From: Octopus vulgaris
Taxonomy: Eukaryota
Length of the DNA stretch: 64,000 nt
Assembly (NCBI GenBank): GCA_951406725.2
Contig: OX597823.1
Location: forward strand, 33,108,001-33,172,000
Reading direction: 5' to 3'
A model generated the notes under the pieces. That model saw only the letters and a list, made by a program, of their open reading frames with translations, had not been told where the DNA came from and made no database searches. Both the position numbers and the translations under genes were made by a program. Of the stretch, positions 11,901-25,800 are shown in pieces; the stretch's first letter is position 1; every line of letters starts with the position of its first letter.

Positions 11901-14900
11901 ATGTTTTGTATTATGTAACCTGACGGTCACTCAGGATGTTGTACCTGTTATATATCCTGACATGCAACCACCCCAGACATGTTACAAGAGAAGTTCTGAA
12001 ATGGTACATAATGAAGGGTGTCCAGCCAGTCTGTGGATTCTTAAGAATAAAACTATATCATTAACCATTTTGTTACCATATTTTTGTTGAAATAAACTGT
12101 CTTTGCTTCAATTAATATCGAAAGTAATGAAGTAATTTAGTAAAATAACCCTGATCTCATTAAGCTGGTAAATGGAACATAAATTAATATGAAATATTGA
12201 TGGAATGCCTCAATTTACAACAAGACAATATCTATTTCTTTATTGCCCACAGGGGGCTAAACATAGAGGGGACAAACAAGGTCAGACAAAGGGAATAAGT
12301 TGACTACATCGACCCCAGTGCGTAACTGGTACTTATTTAATCAACTCCAACAGGATGAAAGGCAAAGTCGACCTTGGCGGAATTTGAACTCAGAATGTAA
12401 CGGCAGACAAAATACCACTAAGCATTTCGCTCAGCATCCTAACGGTTCTGCTAGCTCACTTCCCTACAAGAAGACAATATCATTGAGCAGGGGTGGTCTT
12501 CAGTGGATTGGTAAACAGTTTTTTGTATACCATCATCATAACTTAATATCCAGTTTAACATGCTTGCATGGGTCGAATGAAATTTGTTGAGGCAGATATT
12601 CTATGGTTGGATGCTCTACCTGTTTCCAAGCAAAGTAATATTTCCCCAAAGGCCAGACATGTTTTCATGGAAGATTGGAAATGAACAACCTCACTTGGAC
12701 GATGGCAACACTTGTTGAGACAAGGGCATACACAAATATATAGGCTTCTCTCAGTTAATGCCTATCAAATCCACTCCCAAGACTTTGGTCAGCCCAGGGC
12801 TATGATAAAAGTCATTTTCTAAGGTGCCACACAGTGGGACAGAACCTACATGGTGTTGGGAAGCAAGCTTCTTATGCACACAGCTATACATCTGCTAAGG
12901 TTTATATATTTTAGTTTTTAATGTTAAAGTTTTGTTTTTTATCTTTCCATTCAAAGGGCTCCTGGTAATATTTTATTTAATATCCACCAAATCACAAAAT
13001 CAAACTGATTGGGAACACTTATCTTACCATATTCCTATTGAAATACATTATCTCTCTTTCAATTAATTTTGATAACAATGAAGAATTTAGTAAAGTAACC
13101 GTGTCATCATTAAGTTGGTGTTTGGAACATAAATTAACATGAAATTTTAAAGGAAGTTTTAGTAAAACCCTTTTAAGCCTTTTGGTATCAACTTGAGACA
13201 GACCCTGGGACTATGAGAGAAACTTCCTGTTTAAAGTGATCTAAATTAAAATCTTGCACCAAAGTTTCATGTTAATTTATGTTTCAAACAACTTAATAAG
13301 GACAAAGTTGGAGTAAAGATTATTTGCCTTACCAGCACGTGTGAAACAACATTCAAGCATGGTCATTGCCAAACCACCTGACTGGCCCTCGTGACATTGA
13401 CATGTAAAAGCACCCACTACACTCTCTGAGTGGTTGGCATTAGGAAGGGCATCCAGCTGTAGAAACTTTGCCAGATCAGATTGAGCCTGGTGCAGCCTTC
13501 TGGCTCACCAGTCCTCAGCCAAACCGTCCAACCCATGCCAGCATGGAAAGCAGATGTTAAACGATGATAATGATGATGATAATATGGCAGTCCTGGTTTA
13601 GGATGAATGTTGCTGTAATTTAGCCCTAGGAGACATTAGACTCCAAAGTATTGATGCTTAATAACTCTTGTGAAATTTACAAATAGTAAGTTATTTTACT
13701 AAATTCTTGTTTTCAAAATTAATTGAAGTAAAGGAAGTGTATTTCAACAATACAGTGACAAAAGGGTTACAGGAAGAAGTTTACCTTGAAGAACAAGGGA
13801 CAGTGTCAGGTATGAAAAGGGTTAAACACAAACAGATACATGAAATAACTACAAATGAATAATTTGGAATTCCTAAAAGTGTTCTTACCTTGAGGAAAAA
13901 TGGTTTAAATTTTGACTCTGATAATTTCATCACCAAACTGATGATGCCTTTAATAATTTCTCCTTCAATAGCATGAACATCCACATTATCTACTTTGCTA
14001 GCCTAGTGAAAAGATAAAATGAACAGTTTAACAAAGGGATAGTCAGTGAACATGTTTACAATCATAATGGTCAATAAATAGGTGAGATAACTGTTGTTAT
14101 TAAACAGGTGACAAATAATTGTAATTGAACATGGAGAATTCAGTTAACATAATGAAAATAGTGAAAAACAAAATGTATGACAGTATACACACACACACAC
14201 ACACCATTATTGTTGGTTTAATGTCTATTTTCCATGCATGGGTAAAATGGAATTTGTTGAGACAGTTTTTCTATGGCTGGATGTCTTTCTCATCACCTGC
14301 TACAAAGCAGCGTAATACTTCCTAATGGCCAGACACATTTCTATGGAAGATTGCAAACAGATGACACTGCTTCTATGACAGCGACACTTCTTTACAACAA
14401 TTGCAAAATGTCAAGACACACAGACACACACACACATGCGACAGGTTTCTTTCAGTTTCTGTCACCCAAATCCACTCACAAAATGTTGGTTGACCTAAGG
14501 CTATAACAGAAGACACTTGCCTAAGGTGCAAAAAGAGTGGGACTGAACCCAAAACCAAGTGGGTGGAAAGTAAGATTTTTAACCACACGGCCATATATAT
14601 GTGTGTGTTTGTGTGTATTTACATGTATACACACACACACACACATGCACATAGAAAAAAGGCAGACAGCAGTGACTCACCTTACACTGAAGTCGGAATT
14701 CAAGACCTGTGAGGAAAAACTGTTCCAACTGGAGGAATTGGTTGTTGACTTCTTCTTTGGTTATTGAGTTTGTGATATGGTCAGAAAGAATGGCCATCAA
14801 GCAGGAAATATAAGACTGAAAAATACAATAAACAAGAGGAAGTAAGTGACTGAGAAGGAGTTCAACCCCTAAGCCTATAACATAATGTAGGTGTTGTATT

Positions 14901-17900
14901 TGTGGCACTGAATTGAACATAATGTGATTCAGCTGTTGGCAGAAATTGCCAGATTCTCTGTGAATGGTATCTGGTAGACTAGAATCTTATTCTGAAGGAC
15001 ATTTCCACAACTGCCAAACACTACTGAATCTAGAAGTGTTGGTTTTATAAGTTATCTTTAGACTCTTTAGAGACATTCTTATTTTGCACATTGTCTTTAG
15101 ATTTCATTTCAAAATAGAAATTAACCCGTTAACATTTAAACCAGCTATATCTGATCAAAATTTTGTATCAGTTTCATGTTCAAACTGGCCAGATTCAGCC
15201 TTTCACACTTATCCTACATCATACTAAAAATAAACAATTACATCATTGAAACCTCAAAGCTACAAGATAATACAAGATTAATTCAAATAAGCATTACATT
15301 TGACAGAGTAATCTAAATGCTAAAGTGTTAATATGTAATTAAGCTTAATTTGGGTTATAAGCCACACAAACTGGAAAGCTATATGGAACAGAATAAAAGA
15401 CAAGATATGTGACCCAGATATGATAAACTCATTATCATTGACATCATAACATCTACTTTTCCATGCTTGCATGGGTCCCACAGAATTCATTGAGGTAGAT
15501 TTTCTGTGGTTGGATGCTCTTCCTGTCACCAATCTTAATTTGTTTCCTAGCAAGAGAATGTGATATAATGATCAAATCAATCCAGACAATGAAGCCAGTC
15601 ATCTTGATGCAATTGCACACAAATACTGGGCTCACTACAATTGACAGTCTCACCAATGTGTGACCTTGTAGCTATGTTTGAAATCTTAATTGTTTTAGCA
15701 AACAATTAGTTCCACTTCTTACTTCACTGTTGCTCCTACCATCTAAACACTTGCCCCAAGTTTTCCTTCCCAGAACTGCAACTCTCATGTTTTCTTTGTC
15801 AACTATGATGAGTTTGTGATGCTGTTCTTGGGAAAATCTGCAAATCTTTATGCCATATTCAACATGTAAGAGTGCAATCAGACATGAGAAGACCTGCTGC
15901 TGTGGAACTAATCTTGGGAAAGAATTTCTCTCTTGGACATGCATAAAAACACAAGATGCTATGTTTGTAGATTTTCCAAGGCTTGACTAATTTCGGATGA
16001 GAAATTCTGAGGCAAAAGGCTTCTTTATAGCCAGGATAACTCATTCAAGAATAAAATATTTTGTAGAGTAGAGGTTGAACTAGACAAAGAAATCTACAGC
16101 ATTCTGGATAAAATAGTTTTTCTCACCTTATTTTTAAGCAAATAGCTCGTATATTGTTTAGTAATAACGGTGACCAATATCCGTGATTGAACTTTGGAAG
16201 CTATCACTGCACTGAAATTAAACAACAACAACAGTGTTAGAAAACATGGTTACAGATGTGGGTGGCTAAATGCCAAGTTTAGGAAACAATTTAAATACAT
16301 GGTAAACATTTTGAAACCCTCAAATGACTTAAATCAATCACCATCACCAACATTAACATCATCATCATCATGAATATTTCTCTATGCTGCTATCACTTAA
16401 GTCTTCCATATGATATTATCTTGGCCTTTCATCATCTCTTCTGTGACATCTAGAACACTCAGACCCGACGTTATTGATCCTCAATCAGTGTAGAATGAAA
16501 GAAATAAGGGCAGTTATTAGCGTGGAGAAAAAAACCCCAAAAAAACTCACCTCACACTTTTTAATCTCAGAGCTAAGTTTGGTATATTAATATCTTCTTC
16601 ACACGACAAACAGCAGATCTGGAGGGAGAATTAGAGAGAACAGTAGCTTATTTCAACCAAAGGGAATGTTATTAGGATAATGAATGGTTAAATTATAGAG
16701 TGGTTGTTAGTGCAGTAGAGTTGGTAAAGCAGTTATTGTTATAAAGATGGGGAATAACAGAATTTTTTAGAATGGTAGGCAAATGGTCAAATCCCACCAA
16801 TGTACATTTTGCCTTTTATCCCCAACCCCACTGGTCAATAAATAACTCCCTGGTAAGGAATAGTTTTCTTATTTTATTTTGTGACTCAAAGGACAAAAGA
16901 CAGCACCAATCAACCCTGTTAGGGTCTTATTCTTCCACAGATTCTATACTCTTTGGATAGTCAGCAATTCTTTATACACCTCTAATGCTTCTTAAGCATC
17001 ACATACCTGTTCTGGCAGTCTAATACTTTTTCCTAATATTATTTGCTAATACTTAGTTTTTCTCTAATCTCATTTCTACTCTGTAGTTCACACACACTAA
17101 CATTGCACATCCAGTGGAGCATGCTTGGTTCATTCTTTTCTAGTCCTTGCAGGTTTTCTGAATTCAGGGCCCATGTCTTACTATAATGCAACACCATAAT
17201 TCATAATCAAATATGTTACAATCTGCTTAGCAGTAGAGATACTTGTAATATCTTCTTGAACTTTCTCCAACCATTCTCACTCTGGCTGCTATATTTGCAG
17301 AACATCCATCCCCACTGCTAATTAGGTCTCTTAGGCAACAGAACCTATCAAGGCACTTGAGAGAATCTGACAAATTTTTCTGCTTTGTAAGGGTAATTTA
17401 TTCAATATTCCTGCATTTGAAAATAAATTATCATCTTATTTATGCTCTTAGTGTTTATTGCTTCAGTGCCAGCATTACCCTGTCTGTAATTCCACTAAAC
17501 CTCTCCAGCCCAACAGTTTATGCTGAGTACATCGTACAGAATTTCTATCAACTCCTTTTCTGCTAATTGAGTAAGTTTGCTTCTCTGGTGGTAGCAAAGC
17601 CTGGTCTTCTATCTTGCATTTGGCCAATGCAAGCATTTAAAAGTGAACATCAAAACAAGGATGATGATAACAATCATCATCATCATTGTTGTTGTCGTTT
17701 AACGTCCACTTTCCATGCTGGCACGAGTTGGACAGTTTGACTGAGGACTGGTGAGCCAGAAGGCTGCACCAGGCTCCAAACTGATCTGGCAAAATTTCTA
17801 CAGCTGGATGCCCTTCCTAATGCCAACCACACCAAGAGTGTAGTGGGGGCTTTTATATGCCACCGACATGAGGGCCAGTCAGGCAGTACTGGCAATGACC

Positions 17901-20900
17901 ACTCTCAAAAGGCGTTTTATGTGCCACCTGCATGGGAGCCAGTCCGGTGGCACTGGCAAAGACCATGCTTGAATCTTGCTTTTGATGTGCCAGTAAGGTG
18001 ACGATGGCAATGATCACGCTCGAATGGTACTTTTTATGTACCACTGGCACAGGAGCCAGTCAGTGGCCCTGGCAATGATCACGTTTGGATGGTGCTTTTA
18101 ACGTTCCACGGTGATGAAAAAGAGCTTTGAGAACTAAGTCAGATGTATATAGGGTTTTTCATAGAGAGGCGGTTTTAAACTCATCTGTTAGAGCATGGTA
18201 AACTACAATAAATAAAAGGGGATTAAGAATTCAACCCTGATACCAGTACTCTAAATTCATCACTGTAGTCATTGCTGACTGTGCCTCTGTACATGATTTG
18301 TACAGCTCTCAAAAACCATTCATCTACCCTCAGCTTCCTCAGTGACCACCTAAATCACAGACAATGAAAATCTGTCAAAGGCCTTCTTCAGCTCAACAAA
18401 TGCCAGATATAGCGTCTTACTCTTGACTAAGTACTTCTCCTTAGTTGTCTCATTAGGAAAATGGTAACAATATGACTTCTTCCTGGCACAAAACCAAACT
18501 GCATTTTATCTAAATTAATTCTTGCCCTAAATCAATTGGATTATGACTCTTTCCATAATCTTCATAACCAAGTCCAATAATGCTTATATCTCTGTAATTT
18601 CCTCTATTTAGCAGTGTTTGCCTCTGTACCAGTTGACAATGATATTGCCATACCAGTCATTAGATATAACACCTTCACGTACTTCTGGACAGGCTATGTG
18701 GGTGACTAGCTCAAACCCTAGTCTGCCAGGCATTTTTAAGTATCACAACAGTAAGTCTTGACTGACCAGATGCTTTATTTGCCTTCATATCCTTAATTAC
18801 AATAATATATGAGGCGTTCAGTAACAGAGTATTGTAAGCACGGTCCTGGCCATTTTCGAGGTTAGTATATAATTTTTTTTGTCTTGATGCCTAGAATTTG
18901 AAAAAGTTGGAAGGAAGAATTGGTGAGGTCAAAAATCCAGCTGAAAAAAATTGTACCTTGACACTATTGACTTGACACTCGCACCAGAGAGTTTAGTATC
19001 GTTTTTTTGAGGTGTTATGGTTCATTTTCTAATATTTCTCGTTATCATTGTAACGATAATGGGCTAATATCTTACTATCTTGTCATATTTACCTTGGGTA
19101 TATTAAAACACAAACAATACCTTTGTGGGGTCTCTGTATGTTTTTTCTAGGTATTATGGCTAAAATATGCAATGCGATACAGTTTCATAATACCAGTATA
19201 TTCTATAAAATGAGAAAGACGTAGTCACTGTTTCATTTTTCATTGAGGTAGATTTTCTAAGGCCTGGTACCAATCCTTACTTGTTTCCATGCAAAATAAT
19301 ATTCCTTATGATTAGAAATATTTTCACAGAAGATTGGAAACAAATAACACTGCTTGCATGGTCAGTGACATTTATTTACAACAATCACATAATGTTAAGA
19401 AAACAAGCACACACACACACACACTTGCTAATACAAGAGATTCCAAGTATTAAAGAAGACTTACATAATCCAGAATATTTCCAATGTAGGGAGAGAGAAA
19501 TACAGAATGGTACTGAAGCAGGCGCTGTAGAGAGGTGACAGTACTCAGTAACAGCAATGTGTTTCTGGAAAAAAATTTAAAAAAAATATATATATAAACA
19601 TGCAACCATGTGCTAAGTGTGTACTCAATAATATAAAGCATGTAGAGAGCTATGTTCAATGTGCATCCAATAATATAAAGCAGTAGAGTTATGCCTATTG
19701 TGCATCCAATTGTGTCAACTTGTTATATGAAAAACTTTGTCTTAAATAAAAACAAAAGAAAATAGTCCTTTACACATGCAGTCAGTATTTGCATACATTT
19801 TGTATTATTAATTATCAACTCTGAGAGAGAGAGAGAAACAGATACAAAGAAAGAAAAATTTGAAAAGCATTTCATAAAATTTGTTACCTGAGGAGAAAAT
19901 CTCTTTTATCCAACAAATTCATGACAATAGGCATCAATGTTGGAATCTGTTTCAGTACAATGGGGTCTTCAAATGGTGTGCTACAGATTTCACCAATACA
20001 GAGCAAGGAACAGGCCATCAGTTGTGGACTGTCTTCACGTTGTCTTAATATTTGTATTGAGACTAATAATGTCTGCAAGATAGAAGTAAAAGAAAATGGC
20101 TCAACCGTACTGTGATTACATTTATAACTAAGATACATTAGGTGATCAGAATTCACTGCTCATGTGTGACCAATTTGATCACACTGGTTCTGTGTGATCA
20201 ACCAGAGCACACAATACTTAACCATAATATACAGCTGAATTAGAAAATCGTTTCACTGGTATAAACACAAAGGCTTTTGGAAAACATTATAAAGGGTTAT
20301 ACATAAAAATATGGACTTCTTACCTCAAAATTTCTTTCATCTTTCATTCATTATTATTAGAAGGGTTTAATGAAATTAGAGTGAAAACTTCAATTTACAT
20401 GTGAACTCTTTAACAAGAATAGTTTTCAGTTGGTGGATTGGTAACATGATACTAGGGTCACTCTCGAGTAGGTTGGCAACATGGGACCAGGAGGTGGTGG
20501 TTGTTGGGTAGGGTGGCAACCTGGTAGTAAGGGTGGGCTTGTGTTGGGCGATAAAAGGGTAGCAGAAATGATAACTAAATAGAAAGTTGTTGTCATAAGA
20601 CTAAGAGTTCACAACCTAGGTGTTCACTTGATTGATCATTTAGCTGTGATGTCTTACAGATGGATAGATATGATGCGGAGAGAGATATAGTTAGAGGACA
20701 CATGCATGAAGATCTAGTCCGCTGCAACAATCCGTGACACCTGTATTGCATGTGGCATTAATTTATGCAAGACTTGTTTATAGTCTTGCTTCAAAATTTG
20801 CAACTGCAAGTCAGTATGTCTCTAAGAAAACTGGTTCAGCACCAGTAAGGCTACTACAATTCAATCAGGTAACTACTTACCACTAATGTTGTTCGTGTGT

Positions 20901-22852
20901 CAATAATGCAGCTAATGCACCATTAAAGAGGCCACACTTCCAATAATGCAGTAATGCAACAAGTGCTCTGGTAACATAGCTACTGCACCAACAGCAATGC
21001 AGTTACTGCACCAGTAACAATGCAGTATATGTCTCAATAAAACATACTGAAAATAACATCAAGAAAATACAAACACTACAGTAGATATTTGTCCTGGTGT
21101 TAGGGAAACTATCTAAAAGTAGCCAATCCTTCAGACTCAGGCAATTACCCAGCTTTTCAGTGGATATGTTAATAAAATATTACTAGTCACCTTATTCAGT
21201 TCGGTTGCTCCATCACATGTGAGATGACGACACAGTAACTTCAACGAATACATTGCTGTTTGGCAGATTACAATACAAGAATCATCCATTGAGTTCTCTG
21301 TGACTATCTTCTTTTCAACAATGTCTGTTAGTTTTGTTACCAATGGCAACAACATACTGTGCTAAAATAAAAGAAAGAAAAATATTAGAGATTAATTACA
21401 AGAAGTAGAATGATGCTAAATCTTCATTAATTTCTGTTTCAAACAAAACACTTTGTATTTATAGTCAAAGTAGCAGGAGATTGCGAGATCTCAATGCTTT
21501 CTTTAATTCTTCTGATACCAGCCTGCTTGAGACCAGCCCTAGTTCTATGACATAAAACTTCCTGCTTTAAAATGAGCTAAATTAAAACTTCCATCAAAAT
21601 TTTGTATCAAGTCCCAAACACCAGATTCATCATCATCATCGTTCAACATCTACCTTCCATGCTGGTATGGCTGGGACAGTTTGACAAGAGCCAGCCAGGC
21701 AGAAACCTGCATGCCCTTCCTAACACCAACCACTCAGCAGAGGGGACCTAGTGCTTTTTACAGCTGGATGCCCTTCTTAACACCAACCACTTTACAGTGT
21801 GGACTGGGTGTTTTTAAGTGATACCTGCATTGACAGGGTCACCAAGTATTTTCAAGACAAAAAGAAAAAACAAACCAAAAAACTATTTTGAGAGGGGAGA
21901 GGGCATTGGAGGAGGTGATCTTGTGTCAGATGATGAAAGGTTACAGTGAAGCAGAGAGACAGAAACAGGTGTTTTACTGTAGAGGAGGTACAAGGTTACC
22001 CAGAGAGAGAGAGAGAGATCAAACCTGAGGGAAGTGCAGGAGGAGCGAAAAAGACAGCAGGACAGAGATGGTGGCAAAGTGCTGGACATATGCAATGATA
22101 CAGTGAGACAGCATGGGTGGAACACACAAGTTAGAAGCTAGCAGAAAGCAAATCACACAGGGGCCAAGAGGACAGGATTGGGGAGTGGGAAATAAGACTA
22201 GCGCATGAAGTGGAAATGTGAGGAAGAGAAGAGATGTAGAGATGCAGTTTGGTTTGTCGTAGTAGAGTGTGTGAGAAATTTCTTGCTAAGTGAGGGTGGG
22301 ACACACAGTGCTTCTAGAACTCAATTTCGCTGAACGTGGGCAGGTATTCTCAAGAACTTCATATTGCCATGACAAATTTATTTTAACAAATCATTCGTTA
22401 TTTTCAAAATGAACTGGCACAAAAATAGTGTTTTTCTACTGAAATATAATAACAGAAGGTTTAAGAGGACTACAAATAAACATGAAGTGAATAGTTAGAA
22501 CCTAACAATTTTACCTCACCAGAAAGGAGAACTTAGAGACTTAGAGACATGTTTAAAGACGAAACATTCATTACATAATTTGTATAAAATGTTCCCTTTT
22601 TGATGCTTATCAAACTAAAGCTACAAACCCAGGCATACACTTGCAATAGTCAAGCAATGCCCATCCATTATGATAACCAAGTCTGGGCTGTTCAGTGTTT
22701 GACAGACTGGGGGTTTATTACCTTTCAAAACAAGTGAGGGCAGAGACCTAGAAGGACACCCAGCCATAGAAAACTCTGCTCCATGCAAGCAGAGAAAAGT
22801 GGACATGATGATGACAATTGTATATATACGTATGTATGTATGTATGTATATA

Positions 22853-22889
<37 letters not shown>

Positions 22890-25800
22890 GATGGCTGCCC
22901 TCTCATTATCGAGTATGGCCATTGCACGAGGCTTAACTATTAACGGTGATGTGATCAAACATGACTTTTTAGCCCAGCTAAAGATCTACAATGTCCTGTA
23001 CAGAATTGGCAGCTAAAACTTTTACCGGCAATAGCCAGCTGTAGTTATAACTGGGCTTCATGTACCTTTGCATGTTGTTTAAGTCCTCTCGCCAAATTAT
23101 GCTCCCTTCTACATGCTTGATAGATATGATTAGTATGGTGTGTAGCACCACCACCAGCAGCCTGGTCGTCAATCATCGGTCTTGCTTTATGACTGAAGAT
23201 GATGCAAGAGTCCAGCTTTACTGAGGTAGGGTCTTACACAGACATTGCATGTCAACATCATAGGGAGACCCTTATCATCTGGAAGTGCAACAGCAATGCC
23301 CTACCTGACATACCTCCTTACTTTCTCATGTGCAACTTGAAATTCCTCAAAATTATACATACATACATAGTAAGACAGAGAATATTGCATATAGCTACGT
23401 AGCTTGCACATACAAACTATGGTTCCAAACAATACAGCAAATCTGCATAAAATTGCAAATATTTCAAAGAAGCAAAATTAAATTTGTGAGTTCAAAGTTG
23501 AAATTCTAACCATATCTCGTGGGATTTCTTCAGTGAGTTTGGTGTTGAGTAAATCCATGGACTTCTTTTGGACAGTGGTCAGTTGATGAGTAATTAGAGT
23601 TGATATGACACTGATGAAGACTCGATTGGGCAGTAAGGTGCACACCTAGACAGAAATAGAGACAAACATAGCAAATAAAGAACAACTATTAGCAAACTAG
23701 CATCACCAACCATAACAAGATGGAGTTACTTATAAAAAGCCTTCATTTGCATATTACTGGTACCATTATTTTTTTGTTAGTTATCAACTAATTGAAAGAA
23801 ACGCTTTACCATTTGTAGCACAGACAGAAATGTTATTGTTTTTGTTTAACTCTCAAGTCAAATGTCCTGGCTGCAACCATGCTATCTTATTTTTAAATAT
23901 ACTGTTTCTAAGAGCATATTGTTTGATCTATCCTTCCTCTTTTATGATGAAGTGGAACTTCAAGTAGATTTGGTTACTATTTCTAATTTGCTGAGCAAAT
24001 TGGCTTAAGGCCACAAATTTTGGAACAAAAACCAAAGATTTTGGAAAAATGAACAACAAAGTTAACATAGGCTGGATTTGAACCCCTATTGTAAGGGTCC
24101 ATACTCTGATTATTTCCTATTTCTACCTGTAATCTTCTGGTATTTCTTAAGGTCATCAGGGAAGAGGAGACACTGACTTTTGACCTTTGTTGACCTCTCA
24201 TTCCCAGACCAGAAAATGATGTGGTGAACATTCAGTTTAAACATCTGCAGGTCATTGTCAACAGGGAAAGGTTTTATGAACAATTCTGGAGGAAAGACTA
24301 GATAGGTAAACAACACTCTAATGTGAGTCTTACTTTATCTATCTCTCCACTCAGAATTCCAATGTAAATCTCACTTCCCCTGACACAACACTCAATACCC
24401 CACTTTACTCCACTCCACTTAGTCCTCAACCAACATCCTACCCCACCCCCAACTCCCATCTACTTCTTCAGAATTGAAATGAGAAAAAGAAATTAACAAG
24501 GAAATACTGAATGTAACATACTCTCGTTAGCAACCTGTCTGAGACCAGTCCTCAGTTGTACGAGACAAACTGCTTGTTTTTAAGTGCTCAAAATTAAAAA
24601 CGTTCTATCAAAATTTCATGTTCACTTATATTCTAACAACAGCTTAATAACAACAAAGTTATTTTACTAAATTCTCCATTATTTTCCAAATTAATTAAAA
24701 CAAAGACAATGTATTTCAACAGATATATATGGTTAATTATATATAATTAATTAAATCAGCTTACCTTATCTAATAAGTGAGAGACTCGGCCCAAAAGTAT
24801 TTTCCAGAATCGTGATGTTGGTAGTTGTTGCTGTTGGTCAGCCGTCTTGGAGACCTTACTTAAGTAGTTAAAAACAACCTCAAGTAGTTTCTCATAATGA
24901 TCTTGAAGTGTAGCCTCAGATGTATTTGCTATCTATAGAGTGGTGACAGAAAACATATACATGCAGAAATCTATTCAAAATGTGTGTGCACAAATATACA
25001 TACATATACACACACATGTATGTGTGTGTGTGTATTTATATATATTATCTTATAAAGAGTAACAATTGTTCTAGCATAGTTATTACTCAAGCTCTCCAGG
25101 CCAAACCACAAATTTACACACAAAGAGAAATTTACATTTATAAATATGTGTGTGCATGTGTGTGTATACACACACACACACACCAATACATTTGCATATA
25201 TATATATATATATAGTAAGTCAGCCCCATAAATACACCTACAGATAAATGGATAGACAGGCACAAACATTGTAGACATATAACTTAGGAAGACATAGACT
25301 GATAGATGCAGGAAATCATCATCATCATCATCGTTTAAAGTCTGTTTTCCATGCTGGCATGGGTTGGACGGTTTGACTGAAGCCTGGAGAGCCAGTGGCT
25401 GCCCCAGGCTCCAATCTGATCTGGCAATGTTTCTACAGCAGGATGCCCATCCTAACGCCAACCATTCCGAAGAAACAGACGGATAGACAACACTATACTA
25501 ATAACACACACAAAGAGTATCGCTAATGCAGACCACTCATATACAAACACTACCCCAGTCCATCAGTTGAGTGGATACACCTACCGCTGACTCAGATTCC
25601 AGTCTACCAAAGGGTACAGACATGATTGTGTGATGTAAGAGCTTGCTTTGCAACTACATGTACAATATCTTTGCTGTAGCTTTGAATTAATCAAAGCCAG
25701 TCTCAGAGGCTTTCAAAAAGGTCATGGACATCTCCCTTTCTCCTTTAAGTTTTTCATTTTTGTTTATTTTTACAAACGATATACCAAGTTCTAAAGTTTA